From Candidatus Babeliales bacterium (lineage in GTDB: Bacteria; Babelota; Babeliae; Babelales; JABDEC01): a DNA stretch of 64,000 nucleotides. The notes below the pieces were generated by a model, which had not been told where the DNA came from, ran no database searches, and saw nothing but the letters and a program-made list of their open reading frames with translations. The position numbers and the translations under genes were made by a program. Below are positions 1 through 8,223 of the stretch, piece after piece. Numbering within the stretch: the stretch's first letter is position 1; every line of letters starts with the position of its first letter. Location: positions 6,791-70,790 of the forward strand of contig JARLHJ010000045.1 in the NCBI GenBank assembly GCA_031292305.1, in the 5' to 3' direction.

Positions 1-2
1 CA

Positions 3-623
3 GCAGAATCTTTTTTAAAAAATAAAAATATATACTATTCAGGTTATCTAATAGCGATTTTAGCACTGATGGAAGCGCCTGCAATTTTATCAGGGATATA
101 TTTATCAAAATATAAGAAAAATAATATAGATGAGTCTACCTTCAATTTCTTAGAAATATTAAGATCAAATGGTTGCTTAGTATTATTAATAGCTTCTTTT
201 ATTATAGGTTTGATTAGTGGTCAAACAGGATATGATAAATTAAAAGGTTTTTTTGACTCCCCATTTCAAGGTATTTTAGCGGTCTTTTTATTGGATATGG
301 GTTTATTGGTAGCCGAGCAATTTAAATACGTTAAGCAATTTACATTAAATTTATTTTTATTTGGCTTGTATATGCCCATTGTCGGTTCATTGATAGGATT
401 GTTAGTAAGTTATATTTTTGGACTTGATATTGGCAGTGCAACATTGTTTATGGTTTTATGTGCTAGTGCTTCATATATTGCTGTACCTGCTGCTATGCGT
501 ATTGCTTTACCAGAAGCGCAAGTTGCAATATATCTACCAATGTCTTTGGTTGTTACTTTCCCTTTTAATGTTATAGTTGGTATTTCATTATACTACAGCA
601 TAGCAAAGTTTTTTTTGGGATAA
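3..623 (+). CDS. Sodium-dependent bicarbonate transporter family permease (SbtA-like), 5'-truncated by window edge
   Basis: Frame is open from base 3 (AESFLKNKNIYYSGYLIAILALMEAPAI). Motifs FLLDMGL, ASASYIAVPAAMRIALPEA and TFPFN plus multiple TM helices. Confidence 0.85.
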   Translation, partial: AESFLKNKNIYYSGYLIAILALMEAPAILSGIYLSKYKKNNIDESTFNFLEILRSNGCLVLLIASFIIGLISGQTGYDKLKGFFDSPFQGILAVFLLDMGLLVAEQFKYVKQFTLNLFLFGLYMPIVGSLIGLLVSYIFGLDIGSATLFMVLCASASYIAVPAAMRIALPEAQVAIYLPMSLVVTFPFNVIVGISLYYSIAKFFLG

Positions 624-705
624 ATTTATGGCAATTTACCAAGGTTTAACTGTTTGTTTATCTACTATTCATTAAAAAGATAAATTCATAATAAAGGGAA
701 TTTTA

Positions 706-1356
706 ATGGCAGCGCCTATTGCACATATTTTTTTAGCAGTTCAAATGTTATCAGGTCCATTTAAAGGTTTATATAATGAACGCGAGTTTATAATCGGTAC
801 TAGCTTTCCTGACATTCGCTATTTAAAGGTTGTAGAACGTACTGAAACTCATTTTGTTAATGTTAAGTTAGAAGATATTATTCAAGAAAAAAACTCTTTT
901 AAAGCAGGCATGATTTTCCATTCTTTTGTTGATGAACAGCGTGAAGCGTATGTTGTAGCTAATAATTTATATGATAAAATTCCTAAATTTAGATTTACAT
1001 CACAAGCTTTAAAATTTGCAGAAGATGAGATTTTAAAACCTCACTTTGATATTGCAAAATATGTTTCTTATTTTGATAATATTTTAGATATAGAAATGAA
1101 TTATAATATTTCTGAAAAGCATATCAGAGACTGGCATAATTTCTTGCAAGGGTATTTTAATGCACGCTATACTGGCAAAGATCTAATTTTAAAATATTTT
1201 GACTTAAATGAACCTAATGCTTGGTATATTAAGCGTTTAATATTTTCTTGGTTTTTTGCCCGTAAAATGCAGCATGTGATGAATGATATTATTAATGATG
1301 TACAAATGAAAAATTTGATATTAGATTTTTATTTAAATTTTTCAGCAAAAAACTAG
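706..1356 (+). CDS. Hypothetical protein, possibly zinc-dependent phospholipase C-like metalloenzyme
   Basis: N-terminal His (PIAH), FPDI, THF and HSFVD spacing resembles metal-binding Zn-PLC/S1-P1-like proteins. RBS AAGGGA. Confidence 0.4.
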   Translation: MAAPIAHIFLAVQMLSGPFKGLYNEREFIIGTSFPDIRYLKVVERTETHFVNVKLEDIIQEKNSFKAGMIFHSFVDEQREAYVVANNLYDKIPKFRFTSQALKFAEDEILKPHFDIAKYVSYFDNILDIEMNYNISEKHIRDWHNFLQGYFNARYTGKDLILKYFDLNEPNAWYIKRLIFSWFFARKMQHVMNDIINDVQMKNLILDFYLNFSAKN

Positions 1357-1368
1357 AAATTTTATTTA

Positions 1369-2193
1369 TCATTCCATTGTTTCTTGCACTGGACCTAAAC
1401 ATATACATAATTTACGTAACACCTTAGTTGCAAGAATACAACATAAGCAGCAAGTGGTAAAACAACAAGTACAACATTTTCTGATTTTGCTTGTATCATC
1501 TAAAATATATTTTGATTTTGCCTTACATTTACTATCATGATTCATTTTATGATTAGGTTGTAAGCAATTCCAACAAAAGTTATGATCACATCTAATGCAT
1601 TTCATATGATCACAACCAGACTCTTTTTCAATATATTCGTGGCATTTAGGACATTGCTTAGTATTTTGGTGCATTAATTTTAATAAGCTACGATTAAATT
1701 CTAAATCGCGTGCTTGTTGGCACGTAGTAAATTTATTGTGTAAAATTAAACAATTTTGACAGTAAGAATGAGAACAATTTGGACATTTTTTTGTTTTACC
1801 ATCGATAATAAATGCATAATTACAATTTGGTGTTGGACAATGTCGATAATTTTTTTGAGATTGCAATGATTCCATATATTTAATTTTATTAAACTTATTA
1901 AATAATTCATCATTGTTGTCAGTGATTGAGTTTATGTCAGTTTCATCTAGTTTTATTTTACATTTTTGATTTGGACAGCATAGCATGCGAGTCTGTTTTT
2001 CTTTTAAACTCAATTTAACCATTTGTTGAAGACAAACTTTGCAATATTTATGTTCGCAAGTTAATTTAATCATAAATGCTTTTTGAGTTTGAGACCAGCA
2101 AATATCACAATTTTCATATGAGGGAATTGAATTATCTAAACATAAAATTTGAGTATAAAAAATTAAAGTTAATAAAAAATATTTTAAATTCAT
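1369..2193 (-). CDS. Secreted RBR (RING1-IBR-RING2) E3 ubiquitin ligase-like protein
   Basis: Signal peptide; RING1 CDIC..CEHKYCKVC..CPNQKC; IBR CPTPNC..CPNCSHSYCQNC..H..C; RING2 CPKC..GCDHMKC.RC.H.FCWNC; Cys-rich tail. Confidence 0.9.
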   Translation of the reverse strand: MNLKYFLLTLIFYTQILCLDNSIPSYENCDICWSQTQKAFMIKLTCEHKYCKVCLQQMVKLSLKEKQTRMLCCPNQKCKIKLDETDINSITDNNDELFNKFNKIKYMESLQSQKNYRHCPTPNCNYAFIIDGKTKKCPNCSHSYCQNCLILHNKFTTCQQARDLEFNRSLLKLMHQNTKQCPKCHEYIEKESGCDHMKCIRCDHNFCWNCLQPNHKMNHDSKCKAKSKYILDDTSKIRKCCTCCFTTCCLCCILATKVLRKLCICLGPVQETME

Positions 2194-2417
2194 TATTTTC
2201 AGGTTTTTAAGACGTTATTTGATGAACAATATAATAATATATTTAAATATTATTGATAAGTTAAATATTAAATTATTTGGTTAATACGCAAGTTTTTGTG
2301 CTTGTATAAGATCTTGGTAAATTGTTTGATTATTCACCATAATAAATTACCATTTAATTTATTAAATTAAAACTTATAATACTTAAGTGGTCAGAAAATA
2401 AGTAATTAAGGATAATA

Positions 2418-2870
2418 ATGAATTTTTTAGAAATTTTACATGAGATTTTATTGGCACTATTCATTGCAATTTTATTACCTATAACAATATATTGGGGTGT
2501 TAGTAGTATTTATGTAAATCCAGTTTACAGTGATTTTAAAGTTCAAACTAACATAGAAATTAAAGATGAAAAAATAATAGAAGCTAATCAAAAGCTACAA
2601 AATGAAAATTGGCAAAAAGCAAAGAAGCCATTTGATAATGCAATGTTTTTTAGTTCAATAATTCTTGGCTTCTTATCCATTATATTAGGTTCTTTTCTTT
2701 CTATAAACGGTCTTGCAATGGGTTTAGTTGCCGGTGGTTTAATTACAATTTTCATGGGGTTAACGTTTGGTCAAGGGGTGGCAATAATAAATTTTGGCAT
2801 ATTGCTATTACTTTTGATATTTATAATTTCTCTAACTATTATCAAAAAAAATCATAAAAACATATCATAA
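2418..2870 (+). CDS. Hypothetical membrane protein (about 4 TM)
   Basis: Hydrophobic helices; RBS AAGGA. Confidence 0.7.
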   Translation: MNFLEILHEILLALFIAILLPITIYWGVSSIYVNPVYSDFKVQTNIEIKDEKIIEANQKLQNENWQKAKKPFDNAMFFSSIILGFLSIILGSFLSINGLAMGLVAGGLITIFMGLTFGQGVAIINFGILLLLLIFIISLTIIKKNHKNIS

Positions 2871-2892
2871 GCATATTTTTCTTAAAAATAAG

Positions 2893-2930
2893 TTGCACTT
2901 TATTATAAAGGGTATATATTTTGTATATAC
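2893..2930 (+). promoter_or_regulatory. Putative sigma70 promoter with overlapping palindromic operator
   Basis: TTGCAC (2893) N16 TATATT (2915); inverted repeat GTATATA-N5-TATATAC at 2912-2930. Confidence 0.45.
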
Positions 2931-2966
2931 GAATTGCAAACAAGTGTAAACACTAGGGGGTGTTGA

Positions 2967-3488
2967 ATGTTAAAAAAACTAGCTAAGTACGGTAATAGCA
3001 CTACATTGGTGATAGATAAAGCCATTCTAGAGATACTCAATATGAATGAAAGTAGTATTGTTAAGCTAACAACAGATGGCAAATCTCTGATAATTACGCC
3101 TGTTGAACAAAATGATCAAGGTAAAGTTAATTATGATAATTTAGAAGCTATGCAAATGGCAAAAGAAGCGCTTATTAAGAAAATGCCTAAAGCTCCAAAT
3201 ACAATAGATTCAGAGATAGCTTCAAAAATGCAGAAAGAGTTTTCTCAAGTTTTTCAAAAGCATAATGCTGTTTTTATAAAGTTTAGTCATGAAATTTCGC
3301 AAACTAAAGAATTTCAAGAAGAGTTAGCACTAATTACAGAAAAATTTGATCCTGTAAAACAATGTGATGAATATCTAAAAGAATGTCGTTTGCTTAAGTT
3401 AAGATTTTGTCCTGAATTGGCAGACATGCAAAATGAAATAGATGAAATACACAAGAAGTATGGGTCAAGTTTTCCAACAGTAATATAA
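2967..3488 (+). CDS. AbrB/MazE/SpoVT-family DNA-binding protein with long C-terminal extension
   Basis: N-terminus KKLAKYGNSTTLVIDKAILEILNM..VKLTTDGKSLIITPV is a swapped-hairpin signature. Confidence 0.85.
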   Translation: MLKKLAKYGNSTTLVIDKAILEILNMNESSIVKLTTDGKSLIITPVEQNDQGKVNYDNLEAMQMAKEALIKKMPKAPNTIDSEIASKMQKEFSQVFQKHNAVFIKFSHEISQTKEFQEELALITEKFDPVKQCDEYLKECRLLKLRFCPELADMQNEIDEIHKKYGSSFPTVI

Positions 3489-3498
3489 GGGGTTCGTT

Positions 3499-4656
3499 AT
3501 GATTACATTCATTATTATTATGGCAGTAAGTTTAGTTCTAATTGGGGGAACAATGAAATCTAAAGATAAAAAAATGGATTGCAAAGATGGCGTATGTTCA
3601 ATAGAACAAGTTAATAGTGCGCCTGTAAAAGTTGAAGAAGCAAGTGTTCAAGAGAATTCAGTTATAGAAGTAAACAGTAATAATTTTGAACAAGTTGTTA
3701 TAAATTCTACAAAGCCAGTAATTGTTGATTTTTATGCAACTTGGTGCCCACCATGTAAGGCAATTAAGCCGGTGTATGCGCAACTTGCTCAAGAACAAAC
3801 AGATTGGGTTTTTACTGCATTAGATGTTGACCAAGCTCCGGACATTATGTCCAATTGTGGTGTTAAAGCAATGCCTACTTTTGTAATTTTTAAAAATGGA
3901 ATTCAATTAGGTTCAATAGAAGGTGGCCGACCAAAAGACCAATTGTTCGACGAAATTAAAAAAATTATTGATTTAGGTATACCACAGGTTCCATCAAAAG
4001 AAGCTCTTACTCAAAGCTTGATTATGCAAATCTGTACTAAAAGTATAGAAGGTGTAAAAAAAGCTATAAATGACGGGGCTGATTTAAATGGCACCTGGCA
4101 AACACCATATGGAGATTTCTTTCCTTTAAAATCTGCTATAACTTCTGGTACAGATGAAATTGTAGATTTATTACTTAAGTCTGGTGCAATAATAAATTCT
4201 GACTTAGAGCAAAATATAAATTTAGATATTGAAAAATACAATAAAAGCATAGAAGTATTGAAACAAACTTTACAATATGCAAAAGATAAAATTAAATCTT
4301 TGCCTAATGAAATTAAGCAAGATGTGAAATTAGATGGTCAAGAACTTCGTCAAGAGTTTTTTATTGGAATGTCTGATATTACCAAACTTAAAAGTCTAAT
4401 TGATTCTGGTGCTAACGCTAATCTTCTTTTTGTAGTAGATAAAATAGAAGTTACGCCTTTGTATTTTGCAATAATGTTAAACAATATTCCGGCAATAGAT
4501 TTACTTATAAATGCTGGCGCTTCTTTGCAAGTAGAAGGCAAAAATGCTGCAGGCAATCGCAAATCTATAGAATTATTAGCTGAAGAGTACATGCAACAGT
4601 CTAATAGTGAAATGTTAAATGCTAAAAAACGTTTAGATCGAATTTTAAATAAATAA
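3499..4656 (+). CDS. Membrane-anchored thioredoxin fused to ankyrin-like repeats
   Basis: N-terminal TM; VDFYATWCPPCK; later PLKSAI..IVDLLLKSGA and TPLYFAI..IDLLINAGA ankyrin-like motifs. Confidence 0.8.
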   Translation: MITFIIIMAVSLVLIGGTMKSKDKKMDCKDGVCSIEQVNSAPVKVEEASVQENSVIEVNSNNFEQVVINSTKPVIVDFYATWCPPCKAIKPVYAQLAQEQTDWVFTALDVDQAPDIMSNCGVKAMPTFVIFKNGIQLGSIEGGRPKDQLFDEIKKIIDLGIPQVPSKEALTQSLIMQICTKSIEGVKKAINDGADLNGTWQTPYGDFFPLKSAITSGTDEIVDLLLKSGAIINSDLEQNINLDIEKYNKSIEVLKQTLQYAKDKIKSLPNEIKQDVKLDGQELRQEFFIGMSDITKLKSLIDSGANANLLFVVDKIEVTPLYFAIMLNNIPAIDLLINAGASLQVEGKNAAGNRKSIELLAEEYMQQSNSEMLNAKKRLDRILNK

Positions 4657-4680
4657 ATTTAAAATATTTTAATCGTAAAT

Positions 4681-4710
4681 AAAGTAGCCCTGGTAAAACA
4701 GGGCTACTTT
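4681..4710. terminator. Bidirectional intrinsic terminator
   Basis: AAAGTAGCCCTG-GTAAAA-CAGGGCTACTTT perfect 12-bp inverted repeat between convergent genes. Confidence 0.85.
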
Positions 4711-4715
4711 GCTTT

Positions 4716-6314
4716 TTAAATTAAATTTAATCTTTTTGCAGCTCCAATAAATTCAACAAATATAGGATGTGCAGCAAAAGGTTTACTTTTAAATTCCGGA
4801 TGGAATTGGCAAGCAATAAAAAATGGATGATCAGTGATTTCTATAATTTCTGTTAGATCGTCTACATTGTTTTTGCCAGAAATATGTAAGCCATGTTGCT
4901 CAAGTGCTGGTATGTACTTTGGGTTTAATTCATATCTATGTCTGTGACGTTCGTCAATCATATCAGTTTTATAGGCAGCAAAAACTTTAGAATTTGTATC
5001 AACTTTGCAATCATATTTGCCCAAGCGCATTGTAGCGCCTTTAAATGTAATGTTTTTTTGTTCTTCAATTATTGTAATAACAGGGTCAATCGAATTAACA
5101 TCGAACTCTGTGGAATTTGCTTGCGGTAAATTTAAAACATTGCGGGCAAATTCAATTGCAGCAACTTGCATACCCAAACAGATTCCAAAATAAGGTATTT
5201 TATTTCTGCGAGCATAACCTGCTGCTAATATTTTACCTTCAACTGCGCGGTTGCCAAAACCACCTGGGACTAAAATCCCATCAAAACTTTTTAATACAGA
5301 ATCAACATTTTCTGCTGTCAAATCTTCACCATCTATGCAACTTATATTAACTTTAATATTATTTGGTATTTGTGCATGGATCAGTGCTTCATAAATACTT
5401 TTATATGCATCTTTACATTCATTATATTTACCAACCATTGCAATGTTAACGTGGTTTTCTAATGTTGCTAAAGTATTAGTGATTTGAGTCCAGTTAGTTA
5501 AATCACTTTTTCTAGAATCTAAATTCAAGAAATTAATCAAAGATTTATCTAAATTTTGTTTTGCAAAAACTAAAGGTTGCGAATAGATATTATTTAAATC
5601 GGGTGCAGAAATTACAAATTGTTCTTCTACGTTGGTAAATAAAGAAATTTTCTTTTTTATATCTTCAGACAATTCTTTTTCTGCTCTGCAAATTAAAATA
5701 TCTGGTTGTATACCCATTGATAATAATGTTTTAACTGAATGCTGTGTTGGCTTAGTTTTTAATTCATCAGCCATTTTTAAATAAGGCAAATATGTTAAAT
5801 GCACATAAACTGAATTGTTTTTTTTCTTTTCTAAACCGATTTGTCTAATTGCTTCTATAAAAGGTAAGCCTTCAATGTCGCCTATTGTGCCACCTACTTC
5901 AACAATTGTAACATCACTTTCATGGCAAACATTATAAACTGCTTCTTTAATTGCATTGGTAAAATGTGGAACTATTTGAATAGTTTTACCTAATAAATCA
6001 CCTTTGCGCTCTTTTTCTAATAATCTTGAGTAAAGCTTACCTGCTGTTACATTACTATCTTTGTTAAGTACGGCATTTGTAAATCTTTCATAATGCCCTA
6101 GGTCTAAATCAGTTTCTAGGCCATCATTGGTTACAAAAACCTCGCCATGTTCATAGGGGCTCATTGTTCCAGGGTCGACATTTAAATAAGGGTCTAATTT
6201 AATAAAACTTACTTTATAGCCTGACGCTTCAAATAACGCACCAATTGAACCTGCTGTTAAGCCTTTGCCTAAAGAAGAAAGTACACCGCCTGTAATAAAA
6301 ATAAAGTTTTTCAT
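4716..6314 (-). CDS. pyrG: CTP synthase
   Basis: ITGGVLSSLGKG, DPYLNVDPGTMSP, KTKPTQHSV, GICLGMQ, ERHRHRYE, QFHPEF. Confidence 0.99.
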   Translation of the reverse strand: MKNFIFITGGVLSSLGKGLTAGSIGALFEASGYKVSFIKLDPYLNVDPGTMSPYEHGEVFVTNDGLETDLDLGHYERFTNAVLNKDSNVTAGKLYSRLLEKERKGDLLGKTIQIVPHFTNAIKEAVYNVCHESDVTIVEVGGTIGDIEGLPFIEAIRQIGLEKKKNNSVYVHLTYLPYLKMADELKTKPTQHSVKTLLSMGIQPDILICRAEKELSEDIKKKISLFTNVEEQFVISAPDLNNIYSQPLVFAKQNLDKSLINFLNLDSRKSDLTNWTQITNTLATLENHVNIAMVGKYNECKDAYKSIYEALIHAQIPNNIKVNISCIDGEDLTAENVDSVLKSFDGILVPGGFGNRAVEGKILAAGYARRNKIPYFGICLGMQVAAIEFARNVLNLPQANSTEFDVNSIDPVITIIEEQKNITFKGATMRLGKYDCKVDTNSKVFAAYKTDMIDERHRHRYELNPKYIPALEQHGLHISGKNNVDDLTEIIEITDHPFFIACQFHPEFKSKPFAAHPIFVEFIGAAKRLNLI

Positions 6315-6468
6315 GGTTTAATTTGTTTCGTTAAAAGTTTTTTTTAAGTTTAACAAATTTGCATGTTAAAGAAAGTTGTTAAAAATTGTTTCAATTAAGA
6401 AGTATTGGCTCTTAATTTTCACTAAAGTTCGCCAAATAGAATTTAAATAGAGGTGAAATGAGCCCCTG

Positions 6469-6497
6469 TTGCATGTTTTTTTAATATGTTTTATATT
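6469..6497 (+). promoter_or_regulatory. Putative sigma70 promoter (duplicated upstream of paralog)
   Basis: TTGCAT N17 TATATT; CCTGTTGCATGTTTTTT is identical upstream of the 7432 gene. Confidence 0.6.
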
Positions 6498-6531
6498 TAA
6501 AAATATTAACACATAACATACGGGGAGCTCT

Positions 6532-7239
6532 ATGAAAAATTTACTTTTTATATTTAGTTTATTGGTTTCTACAAATTTATTACCGTTTGGCATGGCAGTT
6601 GTTAAACTAGGTAATAATACAAAAACTGTTTTAAAAACTACAGCATTATTAACAGCAGCTTATTATAGTTGTGTTTACGGCACAAAAGCTTATAACTATA
6701 TTTTAACTAAAATAGATGAAAAAAGTGAAAAAGAAATAGTTAGATTGATAGAACTGCAATTTAAATTGAACCCGCAATGCAATGATCAAGAATTAAGAGA
6801 TAAAGCATGGTCAATAAACCTGAGAAAGTGTATTTTAGACAAATTAGACCAAATAGATAGTTCGGATCCTCGTTGGTCACAAAATTTTCAAGATGCTTTA
6901 AGTAAGCTGCAAAAAAGTTTTAAAACCTTTGATACAGTAAGAAGTGTTATTAACACAGTAACAGTACATGTTTTAGAAAATAATCGTGAAAAAGAATATG
7001 ATAAACCATATGAAGAATTATCTTATTTTGATCAATATTTAGTTCATATAATTGTTAATAATACATTATTAAAATATAAACCTAATAATGAGTGTAGTGC
7101 TTCTGAAAAAGCTAAAAAAATTGAAATGGAAGCAAGCTCGGAAAGAATTAATAAAATTCTTAAAAATGACTTGCTAAGCTTTGCTGCAAAAGCAGCAGTA
7201 AGTACAGCAGCTGGTGCATTTATGACATTTATACTTTAA
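6532..7239 (+). CDS. Secreted/membrane hypothetical protein, paralog A
   Basis: Signal peptide; shares ELRDKAW.IN.RKC, SD.RWS and LLKYKP with 7432..8157. Confidence 0.8.
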   Translation: MKNLLFIFSLLVSTNLLPFGMAVVKLGNNTKTVLKTTALLTAAYYSCVYGTKAYNYILTKIDEKSEKEIVRLIELQFKLNPQCNDQELRDKAWSINLRKCILDKLDQIDSSDPRWSQNFQDALSKLQKSFKTFDTVRSVINTVTVHVLENNREKEYDKPYEELSYFDQYLVHIIVNNTLLKYKPNNECSASEKAKKIEMEASSERINKILKNDLLSFAAKAAVSTAAGAFMTFIL

Positions 7240-7264
7240 ATTATAATTTAACAATTTAAAATTT

Positions 7265-7301
7265 ATGCCCATAAGGTAATTAATAATTACTTTATGGGCA
7301 T
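7265..7301 (+). terminator. Hairpin/terminator after paralog A
   Basis: ATGCCCATAA...TTATGGGCAT stem followed by T-rich tract. Confidence 0.7.
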
Positions 7302-7358
7302 TTTGTTTGGATACATAATAGTATAAAACCAGTGATAAAATGTAAAAAGGGGTACCTG

Positions 7359-7386
7359 TTGCATGTTTTTTCATATTATTTATAGT
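7359..7386 (+). promoter_or_regulatory. Putative sigma70 promoter (copy 2)
   Basis: TTGCAT N16 TATAGT within the duplicated upstream motif. Confidence 0.55.
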
Positions 7387-7431
7387 TAAAATTAGACATT
7401 AACATAACATAATGAACATAGCGGAGGTTTC

Positions 7432-8157
7432 ATGAAAAAGTTAATTTTAGTACTAAGTATGGTATTTGTCCCAAATCTATTATCTTTAAATTTAGATATA
7501 GCTTCTTTAAAGACAAGTATTGAAACTAGTTTGCAAGCAATTAAAGACAAAGGTATTACTTTAACTGATAATCAAAAATCAGGTTTGCAGATAGTTGGGG
7601 TTCTTTGCGGTGCTTATTTAGGATATAATTTAATTAAAAAATCTTATTCATCTTTAAAAAGTAATATAGAACAAGAATTTGAAAATAAGTTTGTGCATTT
7701 AATTAAGTTGCAGTTTCAATCAAATAAAAATTGTTCAGATTCAGAATTACGTGACAAAGCTTGGGCAATAAATATTAGAAAGTGCCTTAAGCAAAAATTG
7801 AGCGAAATATCTTCTAGTGATTCAAGATGGTCAACTCATTTTGATAAAGCATTAAAGAAATTTATCGCGACTTTTATAATTGTGGACACAACAAGAAGTA
7901 TGTTAAAAAGCTTAGGTAATAAATATGAGCAAGAATATACTAAAACTTATGAACAATTAAGTTATATAGACAAAAAGTTAGTTGATACCTTGGTTAATAA
8001 TATTTTATTAAAATATAAACCTGAAAATTTATGCACTGAACAAGAAAAGTTAAAGAAACAAGAAATAAAAGAAAGAGCGCATAGAATTCAAGAGAAGCTT
8101 AAAATTGAATTAGTTAAAGGTCAATTAGCTAAATCTTTCTTAGATATAGTAATTTAA
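7432..8157 (+). CDS. Secreted/membrane hypothetical protein, paralog B
   Basis: Signal peptide; RBS GGAGG; paralogous to 6532..7239. Confidence 0.8.
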   Translation: MKKLILVLSMVFVPNLLSLNLDIASLKTSIETSLQAIKDKGITLTDNQKSGLQIVGVLCGAYLGYNLIKKSYSSLKSNIEQEFENKFVHLIKLQFQSNKNCSDSELRDKAWAINIRKCLKQKLSEISSSDSRWSTHFDKALKKFIATFIIVDTTRSMLKSLGNKYEQEYTKTYEQLSYIDKKLVDTLVNNILLKYKPENLCTEQEKLKKQEIKERAHRIQEKLKIELVKGQLAKSFLDIVI

Positions 8158-8168
8158 ACTTTAAAGTT

Positions 8169-8205
8169 ATACCCACAAAATAACTAATAATTACTTTGTG
8201 GGTAT
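8169..8205. terminator. Hairpin/terminator after paralog B
   Basis: ATACCCACAA...TTGTGGGTAT stem followed by TTTTT; homologous to 7265-7301. Confidence 0.7.
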
Positions 8206-8223
8206 TTTTATTTCACTGAAATT

